Part shown: piece after piece, positions 27,022 to 39,930 of the stretch | How the letters are laid out: each line of letters opens with the position of its first letter | Position numbering within the stretch: position 1 is the stretch's first letter | NCBI GenBank assembly: GCA_032718475.1 | Contig: JAUCBJ010003467.1 | Span: 1 to 64,000 of the forward strand | DNA: 64,000 nucleotides | From: Nemertoderma westbladi | Lineage: Eukaryota; Animalia; Xenacoelomorpha | Direction of reading: 5' to 3' | Position numbers and translations under genes: made by a program | The notes under the pieces: generated by a model | What the model was told of the DNA's origin: nothing | What the model saw: only the letters and a program-made list of their open reading frames with translations | Database searches by the model: none

Positions 27022-27702
27022 ACTACTGTATCTTTGTATCTACTGTAACTTTGTATGTACTGTATGTTTGTATCTACTGTATCTTTGTATCTACTGTATC
27101 TTTGTATCTACTGTATCTTTGTATCTACTGTATCTTTGTATCTACTGTATCTTTGTATCTACTGTATCTTTGTATCTACTGTATCTTTGTATCTACTGTA
27201 TCTTTGTATCTACTGTATCTTTGTATCTACTGTATCTTTGTATCTACTGTATCTTTGTATCTACTGTATCTTTGTATCTACTGTATCTTTGTATCTACTG
27301 TATCTTTGTATCTACTGTATCTTTGTATCTACTGTATCTTTGTATCTACTGTATCTTTGTATCTACTGTATCTTTGTATCTACTGTATCTTTGTATCTAC
27401 TGTATCTTTGTATCTACTGTATCTTTGTATAATCTACTGTATCTTTGTATCTACTATATCTTTGTATATACTGTATCTTTGTATCTACTGTATCTTTGTA
27501 TCTACTGTATCTTTGTATCTACTGTATCTTTGTATCTACTGTATCTTTGTATCTACTGTATCTTTGTATCTACTGTATCTTTGTATCTACTGTATCTTTG
27601 TATCTACTGTATCTTTGTATCTACTGTATCTTTGTATCTACTGTATCTTTGTATCTACTGTATCTTTGTATCTACTGTATCTTTGTATCTACTGTATCTT
27701 TG
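27022..27702. repeat. 17-bp minisatellite (~40 copies)
   Basis: Unit ctactgtatctttgtat, nearly homogeneous. Confidence 0.97.
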
Positions 27703-28045
27703 CTCAAATTGGAATCTTATATTGTCTTGTATCGTATATTTTTCAATTTAAAATAATATTTTTTGTATTGTGCATTATTTAGTTGATGTGCCATTTGAAA
27801 CCATTTTTACATAGTTTCCGAGACAGCTGGGCTGCGAGGAAATTGTTTCAAATTGTTTGCTAAACGTTCACTCGTAGGAAAAATAATTGTTTTAGTTACA
27901 GGGTCGTCCCTATCTGGAATTCCTACGCACTGAAGTTGTCGAAGCTCGCACTCTAATTTAATCCAAAAAACTATAATTGTCTTTAGCAGTTTGCGGAATT
28001 TAACCGGGTGACTACAAAACAAAGAGCAAAGACGAAGACCCAAAT

Positions 28046-28322
28046 AATAAAGACCTACATAATATTGTTACAAGTGTAAACTTTCGTTTATTGTTTTGGT
28101 TCCCCCAACACGCCTCTATAAGCTGCGCCTTTACTAACCTTCTCCTTTAAAAGGCAATGGCACCCAAAGCTCTTTGGGACCTGTATAAAACAAAGAGCCA
28201 AGGTTAGGTCTCATTGCCATTTAAAGGAGCAGGTTAGTAAAGGAGCAGGTTACAGAGGTGCGTTGGGGGAACAAAAACAATAAACGAAAGTTAACATATG
28301 TGTTTTGTACAGGTCTTTATTG
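28046..28322. mobile_element. Palindromic MITE upstream of SRPRA
   Basis: ~100-bp imperfect inverted arms containing tttattgttttggttcccccaacacgcctct / aaaggagcaggttacagagg. Related pieces occur at ~34150-34370, 35040-35160, 45795-45850, 48410-48460 and 62190-62240. Confidence 0.75.
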
Positions 28323-28583
28323 TACAATATAATGGCAGAATGGTGCAATAATCAAAACATATATTATTTAGAGTGTGTGTAATAATAATAAAATAATCAT
28401 CATTTTTATCCCAACACTGTCTGACTAGCAGAATTTGCTAGGCAGATAGGATACCGGTACCGGTACCTTACAGCCTTACCCAATACAGCAACCAGCCTAC
28501 TACTGCTGTACTGTAGTAGCAAAACTCTGGGTTAAGGGTAAAGTCAGAAAGTAAATGCATTGTTTATTATTTTTATCGTCATC

Positions 28584-28855
28584 ATGTTGGACTTGTTCAC
28601 TATATTTAGTAAAGGAGGAATTGTTTTGTGGTATTTCCAAGGGACTTGCGGAGAGATTATAGCTCCAGTTAACGCTCTTATAAAGAGTGTAGTTCTCCAG
28701 GAGCGGGGTGGCGGAAATGCGTTCACCCATCAATCGCTAACCTTGAAGTACAAACTGGACAACGAATTTGAGTTGGTCTTCGTTGTCGGCTATCAGAAAG
28801 TTCTTCAGTTGTCTTATGTGGACAAGTTTATTTCAGATGTTCATCTCTTTTTCAG
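28584..28855 (+). CDS. SRPRA: Signal recognition particle receptor alpha, first coding exon (SRX longin domain)
   Basis: MLDLFTIFSKGGIVLWYFQG...PVNALIKSVVLQERGGGNAFTHQSLTLKYKLDNEFELVFVVGYQKVLQLSYVDKFISDVHLFFR matches the conserved SR-alpha N-terminus. It ends at AG|gtaagt (phase 2). Confidence 0.95.
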
Positions 28856-30066
28856 GTAAGTTGCATGATTATTATTATTTTATTCATTCATTTTAATTTC
28901 ATTTAATACCTACTGTAATATGTACCGGGTATATACAGATATAATATAACTTTAACCTTCACACAAAATACACGCAAGCATAGTAATATAGGGAATATTA
29001 CCTATATTACAGTATTAGGTCCAGAGGTCTGTAGGTAGAGCAGTAGAGGTTAGTTAGAAAGTGATGCCAGAGGCAAGGCTAGTATTAACATCCCCAGAGA
29101 GTAAGACTGTAAGAGAGATGAGTACTGTTAGTAGTTGTCAGGTTGTATGAGTGATTAAGAATGGTCAGTGTGGGTCCCAGATATTAGTTTAGTTAATGAG
29201 AAGAAGAAAATAAATACAGAAATATGCATTAGTTATTTAAAAACTTCTTCAGATCAGCAGATTATTATTATTAATTAGCCTACCTCTGTCTGTCTGTCTC
29301 CTACCTACCGGTAAAAAACCATTAGCAGGCCATGGCAGCATATTGCAGTATTGACTGAATCAGTATCGAGCGCCTGAAAAAAAAACGGATAAAATTACAT
29401 AATAAATGGTATTTAAGTATTTATAATGATATCTGGATATACAGATTTCGGTACAGAAACGTTCTGGGTATTTTAAAATATTTGAAAAAATTATCAGAAA
29501 TTTACATATGTACAATGTAGTGTAGGCCGACCTACCGATATGGGGGTCTCCTCATAACGGACTTCGTCGCACAAATGTTTAATACTGTAATATTTGTAAT
29601 ACCCGCGTAAATACGCAATACGAAATGTAAACGTGTGTCGATTTTCGCAACCATAATATTGTAACGCGGAAATAATTGTAGGCCAATCCAATAGTTCCCT
29701 TCCCCTTCGCCACTTATTATTTGGTTATTATTGTAGGGCCTAGGCCTTTGTTACTACATATACAAAATCAAGCTCAGTAGAAGCTCAGCCTAGATCATTT
29801 ACCAGTTTACATATTTACCGTTTTATTAAAAAAAGGGGTACTTGAGTGGTGTCGGTGTGTGTGACGCTTACAATTATAGATGTCTGTTTGGCTTACGTTG
29901 CTTGCAATATAAAGTAATGGAATCTTGCATAAAATATGACATTGAGGAAAACTTGTTTCGAGTTCGACATAAATTAATTACATCGGCACAACACGATTTT
30001 TAATAAAGGAAAGCCTATACCGGTATATAAAATATAATATAAATAAAAGCTAGAGAATTACGAAAT

Positions 30067-30478
30067 CTCGGGAGACCTCCTAGCTTGGCTATCGGCCTCG
30101 GGAGAGCAGCTTGGCTATCGGCCTCGGGAGACCTAGCTTGGCTATCGGCCTCGGGAGACCTCCTAGCTTGGCTATCGGCCTCAGGAGACCTCCTAGCTTG
30201 GCTATCGGCCTCGGGAGACCTCCTAGCTTGGCTATCGGCCTCGGGAGACCTCCTAGCTTGGCTATCGGCCTCGGGAGACCTCCTAGCTTGGCTATCGGCC
30301 TCGGGAGGCCTCCTAGCTTGGCTATCGGCTTTGGGAGACCTCCTAGCTTGGCTATCGGCCTCGGGAGACCTCCTAGCTTGGCTATCGGCCTTGGGAGACC
30401 TCCTAGCTTGGCTATCGGCCTCGGGAGACCTCCTAGCTTGGCTATCGGCCTCGGGAGACCTCCTAGCTTGGCTATCGA
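30067..30478. repeat. 30-bp GC-rich minisatellite (~14 copies)
   Basis: Unit ctcgggagacctcctagcttggctatcggc. Confidence 0.95.
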
Positions 30479-30779
30479 CCTTTTTAAGTCACAGAACACA
30501 ACGTAGTATCGTTGACGTTTATTCGCCGAATGATCTATATTTTTGCAAAGCGAACCGTTTCTTCGACTTCTGATTGGCAGTTGAATATTGTGCCTCATAA
30601 CTGTGTGGTTGTTTATGTTTAAATATATAGGTTCAAATAATTCTAAATATGCCTATTTTTAGATGAGCTGTGTTATCCAATGTAAAGATTTAGGAATAAT
30701 AATTCAAGAGGACCGAAAGTTTAATAAATATGCTTGCTTTTTCTAGACTCAAATTGTAATATTATCTCAACTCAACATC

Positions 30780-31190
30780 CAGTCATTTGATGGGACTCTA
30801 TGTCACGTTAAGTTATGTCAAATCAAGTGAGATCAAGGCACGTCAGGTTAAGTCAAATAATGTCAAATCAAGTGACATAAAGTCAAATCAAAGGATATCT
30901 AGTCATTTCAACTGATGCCAAGTCAAGTTACATCAAGTTGAGGGACGTGAAACCAAGTTATAAAGCCTAGTGACGTCCCGCCAAGTGACGTTTAATCATA
31001 AGTGACATCATGCCAAGTGACGTCTAATCAAGTGACGTATGAAGTCAAGTTAAGTGATATCAGTAAGTCAAATGATGTTATGTTAAGTGATATCAAACCA
31101 AGTGATGTCAGGGTTGGTTATGTGGCGCCAAGTCAAATCAAGTGAGGTCATGTCAAGTGAGATCAAGTCAAGTAATGTTATGTCAGTGAT
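30780..31190. repeat. Degenerate tcaagtga/caagt simple repeat, left part
   Basis: Recurrent tcaagtgac/gtcaag words. The same repeat resumes at 33400-33600. Confidence 0.7.
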
Positions 31191-33398
31191 ATTTTTATTT
31201 TTTTATTTTTTTAAATTATTTATTTTCCTTAAATTTCGCCAAGCACATATACAATTATGATTATAGAATGTAATGATTATTAATTTTAAGAAAGCATTTT
31301 AGATCATTTTAGCAAATTTCTTGAGTTCTCTGTTTTTTCCTGGAATTTTTAAGTGCACTGACATGAGTTGATATTAGCGGATGCTAGTGCTGTCAACTCC
31401 TGTCATTGGTCAATTGGGGGGAGTGGGACTGGATAATTTGAAGGGGGTGATCATTTTGTAGCTTTATTCATTTATTTATTTGCCCATTGAATTTGTATAT
31501 GTATTTATTAAATTATTAGTTGTTTCCATTACATTTCTTCCTAGTGAGTTTTTTTTATCTTACTGTGTTTTATGTTGGCATCTAATGTGTTTCAGCCAAT
31601 GGCTCTCCATGATATTTAAGTTATTTTTGTGTCTGTAGTAGTCGTGTCCGTTGTATAATATAGTTTTTATTTGCTGCTGTGCGTGGGTTGTGGGGCGAGC
31701 CACGAAGTTGGCGGAGCCTTAGCGAATTGACACTGTTAGGGGGTGGGTCAATTTATGCAAATAGTTGTCGTCGTCGTTGTCGTCGTCGTCGTCGTTGTCG
31801 TCGTCGTCGTCGTCGTTACGATTTTGACATGCTAATAACTTTGTCGGATTTAAAGCTGCCAAGTTGAAAATTTGTAGGTATCAATATGAGCAAAAGTTGA
31901 GATTTTTGAGAGACTTTCAGACACCATCAGTGCAATGGTCTCCCGCTAGAGGGCCACATGTCTAAACATTAAATGCCCTCCCATTTCTTTGCTTTTAATC
32001 CGTTTAAGCTGAAACTTGGCAGATATGTATTAGACCATTAGCTGTGACTTTCAAAGGAGGCGAATCCATCTGCAGTTCTCCAGTCTGCCGCTAGAGGGCC
32101 AACGTGACTATTTGCATAAATTGACCTACCCCCTAACAGTGTCAATTCGCTAAGGCTCTGCCAACTTCGTGCTGCGCGAAGTCCCCACTTCGTGTAGGTG
32201 TGTACATTAGATGTTAGTGTGAATAGTGAAGTTACAAATGGTTGTTTTGTATTGTTGTGGATTTCCCACATTAAGTTTTGCTGTTTCAAGTTTTTAAATG
32301 TTTGATCACTGGGGTGTATATTTTATAAAGTGGTGGTGCGTGTTCACGGTAGTGACTGAAGGTGATCGCTCTCAACAATTTATTAATTTAGCTTTATATA
32401 GGTTTAATGTGTGTTTGTTTAGCATTACCACAGATCACTATTTATTCCGTAGTTAAGATATGGCTGTATAGTATAAGTGCGAAGTATAATAACTTAAGTA
32501 TGTGTAGTGGAATAATGTGTTCCGACAGAAGTTTTTGAAATTTTTTCAGTACATACATTATGCGCCGTGTGTTTTCCAAGATAGTTTGTTGTCAATCCAT
32601 ATTCCTAAGAATTTAGTCCCGTTAATATTTTTAATAGTTGTATTACGGATTTTGATATCACTTTGTCTGGGTCCTTTTTTATTGGTGGTGATATTCTGTT
32701 TTTTAGATTTAGAGACAGCTGATTGTCAGTTAGACACAGCTGATTGTCAGTTAGAGACAGCTGATTGTCAGTTAGAGACAGCTGATTGTCAGTTAACCAT
32801 TGATCAACTTTGTCGAGCTCGGTGTTTACTGTTTCCGTGAGTTTTTTTAGTTTTTTTCACTGTAAAGTAAATTGGTGTCATCAGCAAATAAAGTAGCGTA
32901 TAATGTTGTGCAGTTAGGTACTGTAAGTCGTTGATGTAAAGTAGGAAGATGGTAGCACTAAGTATGCCCCCCCTGAGGGTTCCGCACTGGTTCTGAGTGT
33001 GTGTTTCGTATGTAGACGGAGTGTGTTCGGTTGTGTAGGAAACTTATGAACAGTTTGTCCCTCAATCCCTCATATACCGTAACTATCTAATTGATTTAGT
33101 AATATATTGTGCTATGAAGTATCAAATGCTTTTTTAAGGTCTATTGAAACTAAGAGTGCTGATTCTTGCAGTTCTAGAATATTTATTAGTCTTTCAGTTA
33201 CAGGAAGTATAGCGTCAGTAGTTGTAGAGCGCTTTCAGAATCCGTATTGATTGGGCGTAAATATTGAGTACTGTACTTGTCTAAGTAAAAGATGAGTTGG
33301 GAGTTTATAACTCGTTCAAAAAGTTTGCTGAACAGAAGTAAAATTGAGATCGTTCTGTAGTTGTTTTTATCAGTGGGATCGCCGGATTTGAAAATTTC
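31190..33398 (-). mobile_element. Decayed CR1/L2-like LINE
   Basis: Minus strand gives KIFKSGDPTDKNNYRTISILLLFSKLFERVIN (~33300-33395), DLKKAFDT (~33120-33140), PQGGILSATIFLLYINDL (~32925-32980) and LFADD (~32880). A-rich tail at ~31190-31215. Confidence 0.8.
31690..32190. mobile_element. Helentron-related fold-back element nested in the LINE
   Basis: ~75-bp inverted arms (31690-31765 vs 32107-32190), an internal (gtc)n microsatellite, and family terminus gtggggcgagccacgaag. Confidence 0.75.
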
Positions 33399-33399
33399 A

Positions 33400-33600
33400 T
33401 AAGTGAGGTCATGTCAAGTGAGGTCAAGTACAGTGATGTCAAGTCAAGAGATTTCAAATTCAGAGACGATAGGTCAACTGATCAAGTGACGTCATATCAA
33501 GTGAGGTCATGTCAAGTGACGTCAAGTCAATCAAGTGATGTAAATTTAAGTACATTTATGTAAAGTCAAGCGATGTTAAGTCAAGTGATGTGATTTCAAG
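33400..33600. repeat. Degenerate tcaagtga simple repeat, right part
   Basis: Begins aagtgaggtcatgtcaagtgag, as at ~31140. Confidence 0.7.
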
Positions 33601-35864
33601 TACCTAACTACCGGTATTTAATAAAATGATAAATTGTTTAATATGGAAAACTATGAGGTTTAGGTGTATAGTCAACAAGGTCGCCGTCTCCTTTACAACT
33701 CGTTGCGCTCGTCCTTTACATCTCGTTGCCAATATATATAGCTGACAACATTCGATAACTGCTCCTGGACCAATTGATAGATCGTTAATTATGCTAAGCC
33801 AGATGGTTTATTATTGTAATATTTATAGTTGTGTTTTGGTCACCAGAAATTTCTAAAATTAAAATGTTATATTGAAAAGTGAAAAAACAAGTATTTTCGT
33901 GTTTTCCTGTTAACCTCCCCACCTCCAGAATTTTCTCTTACCCCCCGACCATGCTTGTTACCACCCCAGTGCTGTTACCACCCCCCCCCCCCCCCCCCGA
34001 CCATTCCAGTTACCCCCCCCCCCCCAGTGATGTTACCCACCCCCATTCCTGTTCCACACACCCCCGTCAAACTAGTGATTCCTATTACCTATTATTGGAT
34101 ATTATTTGCAGGATATAAGCGCTAGTGATATAGATAGTTTTACATACGATATAACAACAAAGGTTATTGTTTTAGTTAGAAAAAGCAGTCTCTATAACCT
34201 GCTCCTTTCCTGCAATTGGAAACAAGATCGTTTATTGTTTTGGTTAGAAAAAGCCATCTCTGTAACCTGCTCCTTTCCCTCAATTGGTAACAACATTGTT
34301 TATTGTTTTGGTTAGAAAAAGCCGTCTCTGAAACCTGCTCCTTTCCCTCAATTAGTAACTAAAATGGTTACTAACATGAATCATTTTCGGTGATGGGGGG
34401 GGGGGGGGGGGGGGGGTAACAGGAATCACTATCTGGGACGGGGGGGGGGTGGGGTGGGTAACAGGACAGTACCTGTATTTTGGCTGTAAGTGTTGACTTT
34501 AAAGTAGAATTAGAACCATCTATCAAGGATTAGTAGAAGAATATGCACTGAAACTGTTAAGGAATTTGGTCCAGTGGTTCAGAGAAACAGGTGCATGAGT
34601 AAAAATATAAACGAAAAATTAATTTATTATACAATTTTTAAAAGATAAGGAAGACTATTTCCTAAAATATTCGATTTAGGGGTTTTACTTGTCTTTGATT
34701 CAATTTCTGATGTCAAATTCGAATATGATACGGATATATTTTTTTGGTCTGTATAGCTGTCGGTTTGTCCTTCAAAATGTAACATGTGTTGTGTGACACA
34801 ATACAGACGGACAGACAATCTAGAATCCGTTAACCATTAAAACAGACATCAGGAACGGAAACGTAGACCAGGAAAAAAATCCTTTAGCGAAAATAACACA
34901 ATCGTGTACTTCTGTTTCAATTTTTATCACAAACATGTGCCATTAAAAGCCTCGTTGCGCTCGTCATGTACATCTGGTCGTCCAAATTTTAAATATGTAG
35001 CCAAGCCACTACCGGTTCTGAAGTTTTATGTTTCAAACTATAAAAACCATAAACAATGTCCTTAACAATAGATGAAAATGAGTAGGTCACAGATGTGTGC
35101 TTTTCTAACCAAAACAATAAATTATATGCTAATTGGTGAAAAGGAGCAGGGTACAGAGGTAGGTTCTTGTTATTAATTATAATGGCAGACAAACCAGACA
35201 TTATTTATAAATTAAGTTAGGCCTATTTAGTTATTGCACCTCATCTTGTAACGCATTGGGTTTAATTGTAAATAACAACCTGACGGACATTCGAGCAATA
35301 TTGCAAGGAACAGACTAAAGTCATACAAGTTAAAGTTAAACGCTCATATCTCAGCGATTTTACGACGAAATTCAGGTTGTGTTACATATTTGGGATCCTT
35401 GCACATCCAGCTTTCTACTAGTACCAACAAATCACTAAATGTTTAAATTAAAACTGCGCTGTAACTGCGGTGCAATTTCGCCGGAGACACTTTTTTCAAA
35501 AGCTTGTAGCTAAATAATGAAAGCGAAAATATATATTCTGGCTCACCCAGTAAGGAGGAGGGAGGTGAAATTATCTCTGTTTCAAATTTCATGCAATCTT
35601 ATTAAGATTTATAGAAATATTGTCCAGAATAGGGGGTTTCCGTTCACTTCTATGACTTTCTATTATTCCTACCTGCCCCCAATACGTTGTGTAATGATTT
35701 CCAACATGTCCCATATAGGGAAGGGACAACCAATCAAATCATCATAATAGATGATTTCATTCCAACTCCTCTTCAACGTACCAATACCAACATTTGTCGC
35801 GACTGGAGCCTATAGAGAATTCTTCAACTACGTAAAGTTCCATTATTTTTCATTCATTCATTCT

Positions 35865-38800
35865 GTGGGGCGAGCCACGAAGTGAGTGAGCCTTAGCGTA
35901 GTGGTACCAGTAATCAACCTGTGGGGCGAGCCACGAAGTGAGTGAGCCTTAGCGTAGTGGTACCAGTAATCAACCTGTGGGGCGAGCCACGAAGTGAGTG
36001 AGCCTTAGCGTAGTGGTACCATTAATCAACCTGTCGTTCTGTCGTGTTCAATTTTAAACGTTAATAACTTGGCCAATCTCTCGATGAAATCTATCCAAAC
36101 TGGGTACACATGTTGTTTGGCAAAAGTTTAGAAATTTTCCAAGTATAATTTCCGTGTGGCCTTCGAGAAGCTAAGATAATAGCAGTTCATTAGTTAATTA
36201 AGTTGATTACGGTATTTTTTTGCGGTGTTCAATTATGAACGTTAATAACTCGATCAATCCTCGATGAAATGTAACCAAACTTGGTACCGGTACACAAATA
36301 GTCTGTCAAAAGTTTAGAAATTTTCCAAGTAGAATTTGCTTGGGGCCTTCGTGCAGCACCAGTGTAACTGTCTTACAGTTATAATAAATTTATTTATCCA
36401 AAATTATAACGCTTGACATCAGCAGGTTGCTAGGAGACTAAATCAGCTGGGTTTCTAGCAAATTACGAAATTACAGTACTGCAGTAATACCATTGTGGCC
36501 TGTCTGCCTGTACCGGTACAATACTCAATGTCAATCCCTGAATTAGGAATCCTGCAATCAGACAATACAGCAATACTGCAATACCATACTGTATTCGGTG
36601 TTTTACGGTACTACTGGCTGACTGGTACCGCGGTACCAGTGCAGTGATTATAGATCACGTATACCTGTATACTGGCTGACTGGTAGCCTACAGGACAGGC
36701 CTAATTCTGTAGACCCTAATGCTAATTAGCCATGCTGCCATGCTATGCACTGCAGTGCGGAATCCGGAGTGCTGGACTGCGGTCCTGAATTAGGTTAGCG
36801 TTAGAGGGTCCGTTGGCGCCGTACCGCCCTACTACTGTCAGTGTCAGACTGTAGAACCGGACTGGTAGCAACTGCCAACTACAGAACTACCGGTACGGTA
36901 CCGGCAACCGGTACCAGGGTACTGAACTACGGCAGAAAATGAATTTCTTCGTTTGCGGTTTCTACTCTTGTTAACGGTTAAATATATTAATTAAAGACTA
37001 TGTATTGGTAATTGGTACGACCGACGGCACCGGCAACTGGTATAATCAGATGTAGATGTACATACCAATCTGCCAATACAACAATAGCAATAGGCCTACC
37101 CCTACCAACCATCCATCGACTCGGCAACTGCAACAATGGAAGTTATGCGGACTAACCAGCTGACCGGCATTCTAAGATCAGGTACCCACTACCAGAGTCT
37201 ACCCAGCTGCCCAGAAAAGTGTTGGAATTGAAATCAAACAACTCACCACCAAGGCCGCCTCTGTGTGTTGACCTCGACTTTCGGTATCGCTGCCGCTACG
37301 GGCAAACTGGACTAACCGAAACCAAGGATGAAAATAATCCGGTTTTTTAATCTCACTCTGCCATCACCCAGTGCCCGGCGGTGTTGAAATTGACACGCAT
37401 TGTACAAGCAGTAGGCCTATTGCTCCGAGTTTCCGGCTGGTCGGGTGCAACTACTGCATCTACATTGCCACACTATAACTCGGGCTCATGAGGAATGAGT
37501 GCTGCGTAGACTATATTCCTATAAACCAAAACCATACCTGGCTTCGCCTATTGAACGCATTAGAAAGATCGTCAGTCTTCGTTTAGGAAAGATATTTAAA
37601 TACAAAACAGGACGAGCACAACGAGACTTATAATGAAGACGAGTATTGCGTTGACTATTATTATTATATAAACCACATGGCTTCACATATTGAACGCATC
37701 CCTTGTTATTATTATTATAAATATCGTCAGCCTGCGTTTAAGAAATATATTTAAATACAAAACAGGACGAACTCAACGAGGCTTATAATGAAGACGAGTA
37801 CTGCGTTTATTATATTCCTATAAACCACATGGCTTCGCATATTGAATGTGCGATTGGAAATAAGTTTGTGCTACCCTTCCGCCCCGTCAGCCCGTGGGTG
37901 GTAGATGTCGCGGTTATGTATTGGTTGGTGGGAAGGGGGGGGGGGGGGGGGGGCAGATTAAAAGGGCTGAACACGTACTGTCCCCCTTTCTTTGATTGAT
38001 TGGCGGTGTGGTTAAATTTCTCAAATACTGATTTTGTGATACAGTCGCTCAATTTTAATTTGTATCTCATAACTGGGCCTCGTGCTGCGCGAAGGCCCCA
38101 CGAACGTGTCGTTCTGTCGTTCTGTCGCGTTCAATTTTAAACGTTAATAACTCGGCCAATCTTTGATGAAATCTATCCAAACTTGGTACACATGTTGTTT
38201 GGCAAAAGTTTAGAAATTTTCCAAGTAGAATTTCCGTGTGGCCTTCGAGAAGCTAAGATAATAGCAGTTAATTAGTTAATTAAGTTGATTTCGGTGAAAA
38301 CACCATTTTCAACCTGCCTTTTAACGGAAATTAATTGTTTTACAGTATAAGATTTAAATAATTATACTTAAAAATTATACAGATGTAATCCACATACGCC
38401 ATTCTATTATAGTTTTTAATTAGTTCAAGTGATTTGCTTTAATAAATGTGTCTTTAATTGATCTAAACGTAATTAAATGGCACAATTATTGAGTACAAAT
38501 TTAATCCTTCCCATTATTGGTCAAGTCTCTGCTGGTGTGGAGCTAGCTAGCTGGGAGTTGTGGCTGTAGACTAACCAGAGAGGAATTGTAATAGGCAACC
38601 AGTATTGCTATTCCAGCCCAGACAGCATTCTTTAAATCCAACATCCCAACATCCTTCCTGTATTCCAATTCCTATTGACTCTACTATAAGTGTTGTATTA
38701 TTATCACTATCACTGAATTGTGTTTATTATAGGCTGGACGGGCCGCATAACCGTTCGACTACTACTACTATTGCTATCTCAGGTAAATGACAGATATAAT

Positions 38801-39688
38801 AACATAAATACAATCCATGGCATGGCTGTTGTGTAGGCTTCTGAAATAGTTTATTCCACAATGTATATGTCTGGTTATTTTTTAATTGAATTTTTGTCCA
38901 AAGTAGTAAAATTAATGTTCTTAAAAATAATATTATTATTTTATATGTAACCAGAAATTAGCTACATTTTTTCGCTGCAGCTTTAAGAGTGTACATTGAT
39001 TTAATATTATTTCAATACCCATATTACTACATCGGCATAAGATGCGTTGGCGTTGTATCACACATCTCCACATATCACACATCTCCACATAGATGTATCA
39101 ACAGTTACTCGCACAGTTTCGAAACTTCGCATAGTTATAACTGTATAAAGATCGTCAGTCTGCGTTTAGGAAAAATATTTTATGACAAAACAGGACAAGC
39201 GACGAGCGCAACGAGGCATATAATGAAGACGAGTACTGCGTTGACTAAATTATTATATAAACCACCTGGCTTCACATATTGATCGCATCCCTAGTTATTA
39301 TTATTATAAAGATCGTCCTAGCCTGCGTTTAAGAAATATATTTAAATACAAAACAGGACGAACGCAACGAGGCTTATAATGAAAACGAGTACAGCGTTTA
39401 TTATATTCCTATAAACCACCTGGCTTTGCATATTGAACGTGCGATTGGAAATAAGTTCGTGCTACCCTTCCGTGGGTGGTAGATGTCGCGGTTATGTATT
39501 GGTGGTTGGGAAGGGTGGGGGGGGGGGGGGGGGAGATTAAAAGGGGTGAACACGTACTGTTCCCCTTTCTTTGATTGATTGGTGGTGTGGGTAAATTTCT
39601 CAAAACCTGATTTTGTGATACAGTCGCAAAATTTTAATTTGTATCTCATAACTGGGCCTCGTGCTGCGCGAAGGCCCCACGAACGTGT
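35865..39688 (+). mobile_element. Head-to-tail pair of Helentron/DINE-like elements
   Basis: Triplicated ~55-bp 5' end (35865-36030). The core ctgtcgttctgtcgtgttcaattttaaacg occurs at ~36031 and ~38110. The ~550-bp 3' region is duplicated (37520-38108, 39140-39688), each copy ending gcctcgtgctgcgcgaaggcccc(c)acgaacgtgt. Confidence 0.7.
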
Positions 39689-39930
39689 TTAATACGTGAC
39701 TCGGGGCGGCTGATTAATGCAGCATATTGTTGTGTTGATATCTTGATTAACGTATTCATTAATAAAGTATATATCTGATTTAATGTTTGTAGAATTTCTG
39801 ATAATATTTAGTAGCAATATTATTGCTTTGGTGCTCGATAATTGTTCAGTTAGTTGAGGATAGATTATTTGTTGTGTACTCTGCACTCCCGAATAGACGG
39901 CGCGATACGGCTATTAATTTTTGTTTAATT

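Noticed and set aside
27051-27782. Hydrophobic Cys-rich ORFs
   Set aside because: Translation of a 17-bp repeat.
30085-30598. LAWLSASGDL / PRPIAKLGGL repeat proteins
   Set aside because: 30-bp tandem repeat open in several frames, with no splice or domain support.
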